Positions 1 to 6,855 of a DNA stretch of 22,064 nucleotides are shown piece by piece. The translations under genes and the position numbers were made by a program. The DNA comes from a virus (Duplodnaviria > Heunggongvirae > Uroviricota > Caudoviricetes), in IMG/VR virus record IMGVR_UViG_3300013800_000001, positions 1 to 22,064 of that record; one strand, given 5' to 3'. Each line of letters begins with the position of its first letter. Position 1 is the stretch's first letter. The notes beneath the pieces were generated by a model. That model saw only the letters and a program-made list of their open reading frames with translations. It was not told where the DNA came from and searched no databases.

Positions 1-139
1 GGTGCTTGTTTTCTCCACATCCTAAATCTATATGTACTTTAGCTTTCTCTTTCCAGATATTAGCTATTTTTTCTTTTTTAACGGCCTTCTTCTTGGTTAC
101 TTTCTTTACTACTTTTTTTACCGCCTTTTCTTCTTTCAT
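1..139 (-). CDS. Partial class I SAM-dependent methyltransferase with Lys-rich N-terminus (runs off the window's left edge)
   Basis: Not in the ORF track. Manual translation from ATG at 139 gives MKEEKAVKKVVKKVTKKKAVKKEKIANIWKEKAKVHIDLGCGENKH. IDLGCG is the canonical SAM-binding motif I. Confidence 0.65.
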   Translation of the reverse strand, partial: MKEEKAVKKVVKKVTKKKAVKKEKIANIWKEKAKVHIDLGCGENKH

Positions 140-171
140 ATTTTCTATTTAAAAATGCAAATAACTTCTTT

Positions 172-199
172 AGTATAGTACCTGTTATACATTTGTCAA
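172..199 (-). promoter_or_regulatory. Sigma70-type promoter for the methyltransferase gene
   Basis: Minus strand TTGACA (199-194), 16-nt spacer, TATACT (177-172). It sits immediately downstream of the terminator. Confidence 0.6.
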
Positions 200-226
200 C
201 AAAACAAAAACCCCTCCAAAGAGGGG
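196..226 (-). terminator. Rho-independent terminator closing the head/structural operon
   Basis: Minus strand CCCCUC-UUUG-GAGGGG (226-211) followed by UUUUUGUUUUGUUG, about 23 nt after the stop of 250..750. Confidence 0.85.
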
Positions 227-249
227 CAAATGTTGGGTGATTGTAACTA

Positions 250-750
250 CTAGCTGAAACGAATTTGATATGAACCGTTTACAGACTGGTTTGTAGCCAA
301 TGCTGATGTGGTGTAAGTGTTTCCTGCGAAGATTGTACCTGCAGTAGCTGTAGATGAGTGGTTAATCAAACCTACGTTCTGGATAGTCTTAGCTGCTGTA
401 TACACGTTTGAAGCGAGTGTAAAGGCAAACTGAACTGTCTTAGAAGCGATAGTAGTAGGAGTAACTGCACAACGAGCTGCTGCTACGTCGGTAATTTCAC
501 CGTCCAATGATGTTGCTGCTGCTCCAGGAGCTGTACCAGTTCCAAGCATAGCGAATGAAACGGTCTTTGAACCAGCCATTCCGGCCAGGGTCTGACATAG
601 ATACTGATCAAAACCGAGGTTTACGACAGTATTTTCTTTCCAACCAGTGTCTCCTGCAACTTTACCATCCTCTTCTCGGATTTGAAGTCGGAAAAAACCA
701 CGAGCCTTCACGCCATCTGCCTGAGCGTTTCCTTTCTTGCTTTTTGCCAT
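250..750 (-). CDS. Virion structural protein, phage tail-collar/baseplate-like beta fold
   Basis: 166 aa, Ala/Thr/Gly-rich. The pattern LGTGTAPGAAATSLDGEI...VQFAFTL...TIQNVGL...YQIRF resembles tail-collar fibre N-terminal-like domains (recalled, not searched). Last gene of the structural operon. Confidence 0.5.
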   Translation of the reverse strand: MAKSKKGNAQADGVKARGFFRLQIREEDGKVAGDTGWKENTVVNLGFDQYLCQTLAGMAGSKTVSFAMLGTGTAPGAAATSLDGEITDVAAARCAVTPTTIASKTVQFAFTLASNVYTAAKTIQNVGLINHSSTATAGTIFAGNTYTTSALATNQSVNGSYQIRFS

Positions 751-789
751 ATTATTACGTTAAAAATCTTTATAAAAACCACTGTTCAT

Positions 790-804
790 ATTCTACCAGA
801 GTAC
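790..804 (-). promoter_or_regulatory. GnACTnTGnTAnnnT motif copy (candidate late promoter)
   Basis: Minus strand GTACTCTGGTAGAAT, in the gap upstream of 250..750. Confidence 0.6.
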
Positions 805-817
805 CGAAAATCGAAGA

Positions 818-1477
818 TTAAACGATTGTTAGAGCCACGTTTTCAGCAACTGTAACTCCCTGGAATACGTTGAGCTGAGCTGCTCCAGTCGTTACTGATG
901 TGTCAGATGTCTTAGGGTTCAATACGTATGATTGTGTTCCTCTAACATTGATAGCTCCAAATGTCATTGGGGATGTAGAGTTATCAGAAGCATAGAGACT
1001 TAATGGTCCATATGGGACTGAATCATCTGAAATAACGGCTGCACGTGTTCCTCCTATCAAAAATCTCACTGTTCCAGCTTCCCAAATAATACGGAAAACT
1101 GTATTAGCTGCTGTCCAACTTGCATCCCATGTAATAGCAGATGTTGTAGTAGTTACTCCATTTGAACACTCCGCATAGAAGAATGTTCCAGTAGTTCCAA
1201 TAGAGAAGCGAACATATGATGTCCCATCTGGTGATGAAACTCCAAATGCTCTGATATCTCCACCGTCTGGTACATTAGGTATATTTACATTAAAAGAGAT
1301 GTCTCCTTTAGTGAAATCTACATAGTGAACGGCTGCGCCAGTGACTCCTGTTCCGTTATCAAAAACAAGTCTTCCTGATGGGAGAACAGCTGGAGCACCT
1401 GATGTAGTTCTCCAAAGATTTGAGTCAAATCCAGACCTAACTGGATCGTAAGAAAAACTTGTAATTATCTGTGACAT
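818..1477 (-). CDS. Beta-rich virion protein with ConA/LamG-like domain (possible capsid decoration or adhesion)
   Basis: 219 aa. FRIIWEAGTVRFLIGG resembles the concanavalin-like strand motif. Located downstream of the capsid gene. Confidence 0.45.
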   Translation of the reverse strand: MSQIITSFSYDPVRSGFDSNLWRTTSGAPAVLPSGRLVFDNGTGVTGAAVHYVDFTKGDISFNVNIPNVPDGGDIRAFGVSSPDGTSYVRFSIGTTGTFFYAECSNGVTTTTSAITWDASWTAANTVFRIIWEAGTVRFLIGGTRAAVISDDSVPYGPLSLYASDNSTSPMTFGAINVRGTQSYVLNPKTSDTSVTTGAAQLNVFQGVTVAENVALTIV

Positions 1478-1504
1478 AAAGTCTATTAATTATTCTTTAC
1501 TCCT

Positions 1505-1519
1505 AGAATAGCAAAGTCC
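1505..1519 (-). promoter_or_regulatory. GnACTnTGnTAnnnT motif copy (candidate late promoter)
   Basis: Minus strand GGACTTTGCTATTCT, upstream of 818..1477. Confidence 0.65.
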
Positions 1520-1547
1520 CTCAACAGACTTTATGTCTTTAGAAAGG

Positions 1548-2123
1548 CTATTTGGCAGCTGCTGGGCGACCTCTTTTTGGTTTTTCTACAGGAGTTGGTT
1601 CTGATACTGGAGTAGGCTCATCTGTCACTGTTTCAGTCACTTCAGCCACTATAGGGGCTGGTACATCAATTTCTTCCTCTACCTTTGCTGTCTCAGTATC
1701 TTTTCTGTCTACAATGGCTTTAATTGTGCTCTCAACCATGTCTGGGAGCATCTTTTTAGCCATTTCCATAGCTTGTGATTGAATGAGCTTCTGGAGCTCT
1801 GGAGATACATTTGAACTACCTCCTTTAACTTCTTGTTTTACTGGTGTTCCAAACTTCATTTCTGTCAAAACGTGAGCTGGCTCACTTGACTTTCTCGTAT
1901 TTGCGTATGGATCATCGGTTGGTGTCTCTGCTGCGATAAAGTCAGACTGATATCCAGGATGATTTAACATCATTTCAATAAGCGCTTCATCTTTTACTTC
2001 TGCTATACCATCTGTAAAACGAACAGATATTGTTGGTGTAGCTGGTGTACCTGTAATAGGTTGAGCTGAAAGCCCTGGTTTTAGAACTATTAAGAGATTT
2101 GAACTCTTTGATACAAACTTCAT
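1548..2123 (-). CDS. Hypothetical head-module protein with acidic/Pro-rich tail and terminal AT-hook-like motif
   Basis: 191 aa, ends in KPKRGRPAAAK. Located two genes downstream of the major capsid gene. Confidence 0.6.
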   Translation of the reverse strand: MKFVSKSSNLLIVLKPGLSAQPITGTPATPTISVRFTDGIAEVKDEALIEMMLNHPGYQSDFIAAETPTDDPYANTRKSSEPAHVLTEMKFGTPVKQEVKGGSSNVSPELQKLIQSQAMEMAKKMLPDMVESTIKAIVDRKDTETAKVEEEIDVPAPIVAEVTETVTDEPTPVSEPTPVEKPKRGRPAAAK

Positions 2124-2173
2124 AATTTTACATTATTCATATTATTTAACTGCCAGATATTCTGGGCTTAGGC

Positions 2174-2199
2174 TTAGAGGCCTCGTATGAGACCTCTAA
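2174..2199 (-). other. Intergenic RNA hairpin (11 bp, 4-nt loop), no U-tract
   Basis: Minus strand UUAGAGGUCUC-AUAC-GAGGCCUCUAA. One U.G pair forms only on the minus strand. Confidence 0.6.
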
Positions 2200-2216
2200 A
2201 GTAAGACTAGAATCGA

Positions 2217-2921
2217 CTATTCAACTTTTCCGATAACTCGTACGAAGTTTCCTGCGGCGTCTGCAAGTGTTGCAGCATCCTTTACAAGAACAACGAACTC
2301 ATCATCATCTTTTCCAGAGATCATACCCAATCCTGATGCCAGGTTTAGAGTAGTTTCTGTGGTATCGACTGAAAGAGCTGTAAAGATCTTAGTCTCAGTT
2401 GCTCCACGACGACGCCAGATTTGGAAGCTATCTGCGGCTGCAGTTCCCATGTTTACTGAGTAAACAACCTGTTGTACGTGTACACGATGTCCCTTAGGAG
2501 CATCAAAGTTACGACGAGAAGTCAAACCAACTGAAATTTGAAGTGAAACTGAAGTATCGGTCTTAACATCCCAAATAACAACTCCGTTTTCGTCTGTACC
2601 AGCAGTAACTGGAGCAGCTGCCAAAAGGTTGTCATCTGAAGGAAGTGATCGAAGAACATCGATAACCTTTGCTTCCCAACGTCCATCGGCATTGATCTTG
2701 TCAGCCAAGGCTCCGATAGTTGTATAAGTAGCGAAAAGGTATGTGTCGGTTGTTGTAGAACCTACGAGAGCCAAGCTTGTTGCTGAAACTACAGTAACAG
2801 AAACGGCTGTCTCTGATCCTACTTTACGAAGACGGATAGCAATAGGTTCGTCTGTACCATTTTGGCGGACATCACCTAGGGCTAGAAGGTTTCGTACCTG
2901 TAATGAATCTTGTGAGGGCAT
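2217..2921 (-). CDS. Putative capsid decoration/structural protein
   Basis: 234 aa, beta-rich and Ala/Thr/Val-rich, directly downstream of the major capsid gene. Assignment is positional. Confidence 0.45.
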   Translation of the reverse strand: MPSQDSLQVRNLLALGDVRQNGTDEPIAIRLRKVGSETAVSVTVVSATSLALVGSTTTDTYLFATYTTIGALADKINADGRWEAKVIDVLRSLPSDDNLLAAAPVTAGTDENGVVIWDVKTDTSVSLQISVGLTSRRNFDAPKGHRVHVQQVVYSVNMGTAAADSFQIWRRRGATETKIFTALSVDTTETTLNLASGLGMISGKDDDEFVVLVKDAATLADAAGNFVRVIGKVE

Positions 2922-2976
2922 ATTTTTCTTGTTAGGTTAAGTTAAAGGGGCAATGACCCGTGCTCCAGTAGTCGGG

Positions 2977-3051
2977 GCCCTTACGGGCTCGGAGGTGATT
3001 TATCGTCCCACCCCCGAGAAGGACTAGAGAATCCTAACTGCGATTCTCTAG
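2977..3051 (-). other. GC-rich multi-hairpin element in the 3' UTR of the major capsid gene
   Basis: Perfect 10-bp hairpin 3051-3042/3033-3024. 10-bp hairpin CUCGGGGGUG/CACCUCCGAG (3018-3009/2997-2988). GCCC-GUAA-GGGC GNRA hairpin (2988-2977). Confidence 0.65.
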
Positions 3052-3056
3052 CGAGA

Positions 3057-4316
3057 TTACGCTGTTACTCCCTTTAGAAGAGCATGTCGAGGGGCCTGTC
3101 GGCGCTCAAGACCTACTTCTGAGAGGTACTGATCTACTTCACCGTCAACATCGTTAGCCTGGATGTTCATCTCAAGCTTGGTGTCACGACCTTCCAAGTA
3201 TCGGTATTTGAAGCACTCCATATCAAGAAGATAGGCGCTACCTGCAAAATCCTCAACAAACAATGGGTTGTGAACGATATTTACTGTTCCGAAAGCTGTC
3301 TGCCATTCTGAGATACGAACACCGTATGTAGTGTCTCCTGTCTTTGTCTGGATTTGACCACGAGCAATTTCGTTAATTGCCTGAAGAACAATTCCACCAG
3401 CAAACAACATCTTAGTGCTATTTCCGTATGTGAAGGCTTCACGAAGGAAGGTATTCAAGTCAGGAGCAGTCAATGGACCACCTTGGTTCTGAACATATGA
3501 ATTACCGCTAGTAATGAACTCATCGATTCCACCTGTTGAACGACGTGGATGTCCCTGTGTACCAGTAACATCATATTTCTGCTGTCCGAACCAGAATGCT
3601 CGTTCGATGTCCAAAGCATGTTCTGTTCCCTTCTTAGCTCGCTGGTATGGAAGGTCTTTTCCACCGTAAAGTGTAGAAGCTTCTTCTGTTCCAGAAACGG
3701 CAATAGAAGTCTTGAAAATCTGTGTGTAGTTGGTCTGAGGTGTAGAGCGAGTTGCGTTAACATTTCGAGCACCTGAGTTTTCCTCGTTTACGTTACCAAC
3801 AATGAACAAACCATCACCTGCTACCATAGCTGCTGCAGCAGTCGAACCGAAAGCACGAGTAACTGTAAGAGATGTTGATGATGCGATAGCTGTAACAAGG
3901 AAGTTCTCACCAGTACGGCTGTTGCGAACAACGTCACCTACTGTGAAAATATAAGCTGAAGAAGAACCTGCACCTGTAACATCAATAGTTGTAGAACCTG
4001 AAGTTTCGGCTTCGCTAGTTCTGGCGTAACGACCACCATAAACGTCTTCGAACCACTTAAACTCTGGATTTCCAGTCACGGCCTTCATGATGCTTGATCC
4101 TGTCCAAGCTTTACCGTCCCATACCTTTCCTACGTTAGTAAGAAGAGTTACGAGTGGATGCTTGTTAGGCTCGAGAAGAAAAATCTTGTCGACAGCTTCA
4201 ACGATTAAGCGTCCTTCTGCTGAAGAAGTAGCTGAGGTACGTGCACCGTTTCCAGCTATTGATTGTACAGTACCCTGGTTATGGGTAGGCTCTGTATAAT
4301 ATGGATATTGGGGCAT
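3057..4316 (-). CDS. Major capsid protein (HK97 fold, SU10/DUF5309-like)
   Basis: 419 aa. Segments NYTQIFKTSIAVSGTEEA, HALDIERAFWFG, RSTGGI and TAFGTVNIVHNP are typical of this capsid family. Follows a scaffold-like gene. Confidence 0.88.
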   Translation of the reverse strand: MPQYPYYTEPTHNQGTVQSIAGNGARTSATSSAEGRLIVEAVDKIFLLEPNKHPLVTLLTNVGKVWDGKAWTGSSIMKAVTGNPEFKWFEDVYGGRYARTSEAETSGSTTIDVTGAGSSSAYIFTVGDVVRNSRTGENFLVTAIASSTSLTVTRAFGSTAAAAMVAGDGLFIVGNVNEENSGARNVNATRSTPQTNYTQIFKTSIAVSGTEEASTLYGGKDLPYQRAKKGTEHALDIERAFWFGQQKYDVTGTQGHPRRSTGGIDEFITSGNSYVQNQGGPLTAPDLNTFLREAFTYGNSTKMLFAGGIVLQAINEIARGQIQTKTGDTTYGVRISEWQTAFGTVNIVHNPLFVEDFAGSAYLLDMECFKYRYLEGRDTKLEMNIQANDVDGEVDQYLSEVGLERRQAPRHALLKGVTA

Positions 4317-4345
4317 ATATCTTGAAAATTAAATTAATCTATCTT

Positions 4346-5149
4346 TTAAGCTCCTGGGAAGAACGAATTTGGATTCGGACGTCCAGCAATGAACTTATCG
4401 ACGAGAGGAGTTCCGTCTGCAGAGAACTGAGACTGCTGACCACCGCCACCGGCGTTTGCCATAACAGCTTTCGCACTCTCTGCTGCTGCTAAATCTGCCG
4501 CTTTCTGCGCCTGAGATTCTGACATCTCACCCTTTACTGCATAGTAAGCAACTTTGATGTCGTTTACGTCATGAGTATCAAGCCATTTGTCGATCTTGTC
4601 GGCGTACTCCTGAAAGTCGGGAGTGTTTTCGATGAATTTGCTAGTGTATTCTTGAAAAGATTGTAGATCGGCTTTTTCTTCAAATTCCTTGCGGACTTTA
4701 GATACTTGCTCTTCTACTAACTTTGAAATAGCCTCTGGAGTTGCTAGGTCATACTTTTCTTTACCTAACTTCTCTTTGACTTCTTCGTTCGCTTGAACAA
4801 CGGCTGCTGCGTCACGAACATCAACTCTACCCTCCATCACTGCCTGAGCAATATCTTTATCTACCTTTCCATCGATAATTGCTTGCACCAGCTCAGGTGA
4901 TTGATCAAGCTTATCAAGAAGAGGAGCTATATTTTGAAAGAATTCTCTGTATTCACCAAGCTCTTGACCTTGTGTCCCGAGTCGGCTTTCCAGTTCTTTG
5001 TATGCGATAGCTTGCGCATCGTCACTTGCACTTCCTGTCTGTCCCATCTGCCCTGCCTGTGCACCGTGATCTAGGTTTGGGGTAGGAATGGGTTGTGGGC
5101 TACCCGGTAGACCGGACCCTGTATTAGGATTTTCCATAGTATTATTCAT
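4346..5149 (-). CDS. Capsid scaffolding protein
   Basis: 267 aa, acidic and helical/coiled-coil (YKELESRLGTQGQELGEYR) with disordered ends. Immediately upstream of the capsid gene. Confidence 0.7.
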   Translation of the reverse strand: MNNTMENPNTGSGLPGSPQPIPTPNLDHGAQAGQMGQTGSASDDAQAIAYKELESRLGTQGQELGEYREFFQNIAPLLDKLDQSPELVQAIIDGKVDKDIAQAVMEGRVDVRDAAAVVQANEEVKEKLGKEKYDLATPEAISKLVEEQVSKVRKEFEEKADLQSFQEYTSKFIENTPDFQEYADKIDKWLDTHDVNDIKVAYYAVKGEMSESQAQKAADLAAAESAKAVMANAGGGGQQSQFSADGTPLVDKFIAGRPNPNSFFPGA

Positions 5150-5182
5150 ATTTAATTAACTTGTAATGTACTGCGCTTCAAT

Positions 5183-5338
5183 CTAACAATTTTTGCTATC
5201 AGACTTTGCGCCTTTTTCCTTTCGTCTTTTTGAGAGTTTTTGGACTATATTAAGTAGTGATACACCCTTCTTAGAGGAGAAACCTTTTCTACCCTTTAAA
5301 GCGTCCATCACACCTGATGTGGTTTTTGATGAATCCAT
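5183..5338 (-). CDS. Small Lys-rich protein (51 aa), absent from the ORF track
   Basis: MDSSKTTSGVMDALKGRKGFSSKKGVSLLNIVQKLSKRRKEKGAKSDSKNC*. Co-oriented with neighbours and preceded by a motif copy at 5370-5384. Confidence 0.6.
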   Translation of the reverse strand: MDSSKTTSGVMDALKGRKGFSSKKGVSLLNIVQKLSKRRKEKGAKSDSKNC

Positions 5339-5369
5339 AGCTTTTAATTGGACTAAGTACTTGTTAAAT

Positions 5370-5384
5370 AAAATAGCACAGTCC
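5370..5384 (-). promoter_or_regulatory. GnACTnTGnTAnnnT motif copy (candidate late promoter)
   Basis: Minus strand GGACTGTGCTATTTT, upstream of the 51-aa ORF, scaffold and capsid genes. Confidence 0.65.
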
Positions 5385-5395
5385 CAATTTTCGAA

Positions 5396-5572
5396 TTAAA
5401 ATATACCGTTTGTACCAAGGTTCTCACCATTCCCACCTCCAATATGTGAAGCTGAAAGAGGTTTCTTACCGAGGGCTTTGTTTACTCTAAATGGAGAATT
5501 TCCTCCTTTAGATCCTTTTACCATGCTTTTCAACATAGCCTTCTTTTCTTTGTTGTTCTTTGACTTTTGCAT
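5396..5572 (-). CDS. Small Lys/Gly-rich protein (58 aa), absent from the ORF track
   Basis: MQKSKNNKEKKAMLKSMVKGSKGGNSPFRVNKALGKKPLSASHIGGGNGENLGTNGIF*. Starts 8 nt after the stop of 5581..5772. Confidence 0.6.
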   Translation of the reverse strand: MQKSKNNKEKKAMLKSMVKGSKGGNSPFRVNKALGKKPLSASHIGGGNGENLGTNGIF

Positions 5573-5580
5573 AGGTTTAT

Positions 5581-5772
5581 TTACCGCTTACTTTTACTCA
5601 TGAAATTCTTTAGTTTTTTGTCAGATGCTTTCTTTGTTCCAACCTTAGATGGAGCCTTTTTAATGGCGCATTTAAGGCATTTTTTTAATCCATGTGGACA
5701 ACATCCAGCATCTGTTTTCATACGACCTTCACTAGAAGATTCTGCAGTTGTAGTTGGTCCTGAATATTGCAT
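5581..5772 (-). CDS. Small basic protein (63 aa) with Cys cluster
   Basis: Contains CCPHGLKKCLKC and a Lys-rich C-terminus. Tightly packed in the operon. Confidence 0.6.
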   Translation of the reverse strand: MQYSGPTTTAESSSEGRMKTDAGCCPHGLKKCLKCAIKKAPSKVGTKKASDKKLKNFMSKSKR

Positions 5773-5780
5773 AAAAATTG

Positions 5781-6161
5781 CTATCCTATAATCCCCTCTG
5801 GGTGGTTATCAGCTGTATTATCTTCACTCACTCCCTCAAACTTTGGTTCGTTCAGATCTATGATATACGTCTCAAGATCACATAGACCTGCTAGTGCTCC
5901 TTGAGCCCATGAGATTTTACTAGGATCCTTTATTGGGTCAGTAGTACGAAGTGTTGAATCCAACATAGGACTACGGACACCTGAGTATTTTAATAGAGCA
6001 ATCCAATATGTAGTGGTAGGCATATCTTTTAGAATTGCCTCCATCTCTTTCATGCTCATTGCCTGTATTCTATCGTTTATTTCTTTTGTGAAATATGATC
6101 GAACATTAGCGGCTGTCTGCTCTGGTGCTACTGGGACGTCTTGTTGTTTCTTCTTATTCAT
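5781..6161 (-). CDS. Hypothetical head-module protein (small post-portal protein)
   Basis: 126 aa. The helical WAQGALAGLCDLETYI segment recalls small proteins that follow podovirus-type portals (from memory). Confidence 0.55.
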   Translation of the reverse strand: MNKKKQQDVPVAPEQTAANVRSYFTKEINDRIQAMSMKEMEAILKDMPTTTYWIALLKYSGVRSPMLDSTLRTTDPIKDPSKISWAQGALAGLCDLETYIIDLNEPKFEGVSEDNTADNHPEGIIG

Positions 6162-6183
6162 ATGTGCTTGTATTTAATATTTT

Positions 6184-6810
6184 TTAATAACCGTATATTC
6201 CTAAGCTATTGTATGGAGCTGGAGTATTATATGTTGGTTGTTGTGGCATCTGTTGCTGTGGCTGTGGCATTGGAAATCCAGGTCCTCCTCCTCCATCAAC
6301 AACTGGAACTGAGTCTGTAGACGGTGACTTCTTGCTCTGAATACTTCTCAACATTTGCTGAATCTGATCACCTGAACCAGAGCTTAATGCTGATGTCTCC
6401 ATGTTGGCATTATCAGATGAAACTGATGGATCAATCCCATTAAGAGTATCTATTTCCTTGGCAAAGTTCTTGTATGCTGCAATAACAGCTTTAACGCCGT
6501 TTACCATCTCATTTACGCTTCTTCCTGGCTTGTTTAAAAGGTTTGACATCATTTTCTGAAGCAATTCCTTCTTCATAGCGTTACCCTTGCTATCTGAACT
6601 TGATGTAGGAGCTTCTCCCTCTGATGATTCACTATCTGGCATAGGCTCTGATCCCTCTTCATCCATAGGAGGCATTCCCCCACCCATCATAGGTGGCATA
6701 GGAGCTTCTGGTGCTGGAGGCATAGGTGGCATAGGAGGAAGACCCGCTGGTGGCATTCCTGCTCCACTCATATCTGGCATCCCTGCTGGTGGTAATTGTG
6801 ATGGGTCCAT
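6184..6810 (-). CDS. Pro/Met/Gly-rich, largely disordered protein
   Basis: 208 aa. Low-complexity PPMPP repeats flank one helical segment (KKELLQKMM...AKEIDTL). Confidence 0.7.
   Translation of the reverse strand: MDPSQLPPAGMPDMSGAGMPPAGLPPMPPMPPAPEAPMPPMMGGGMPPMDEEGSEPMPDSESSEGEAPTSSSDSKGNAMKKELLQKMMSNLLNKPGRSVNEMVNGVKAVIAAYKNFAKEIDTLNGIDPSVSSDNANMETSALSSGSGDQIQQMLRSIQSKKSPSTDSVPVVDGGGGPGFPMPQPQQQMPQQPTYNTPAPYNSLGIYGY
6273..6297. repeat. 25-bp direct repeat, copy 1 (encodes DGGGGPGF)
   Basis: gaaatccaggtcctcctcctccatc, 24/25 identical to 7170-7194. Confidence 0.85.
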
Positions 6811-6838
6811 AGAAATCTTTTAGTTACGTGTTATATAG

Positions 6839-6853
6839 AAAATAACACAGTAC
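6839..6853 (-). promoter_or_regulatory. GnACTnTGnTAnnnT motif copy (candidate late promoter)
   Basis: Minus strand GTACTGTGTTATTTT, between the portal gene and 6184..6810. Confidence 0.65.
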
Positions 6854-6855
6854 TA

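Noticed and set aside
2921-3059. Stop-codon readthrough fusing the capsid protein to the in-frame downstream gene (the gap is 135 nt)
   Set aside because: A second in-frame stop (TAG at 3050-3048) occurs three codons after the TAA.
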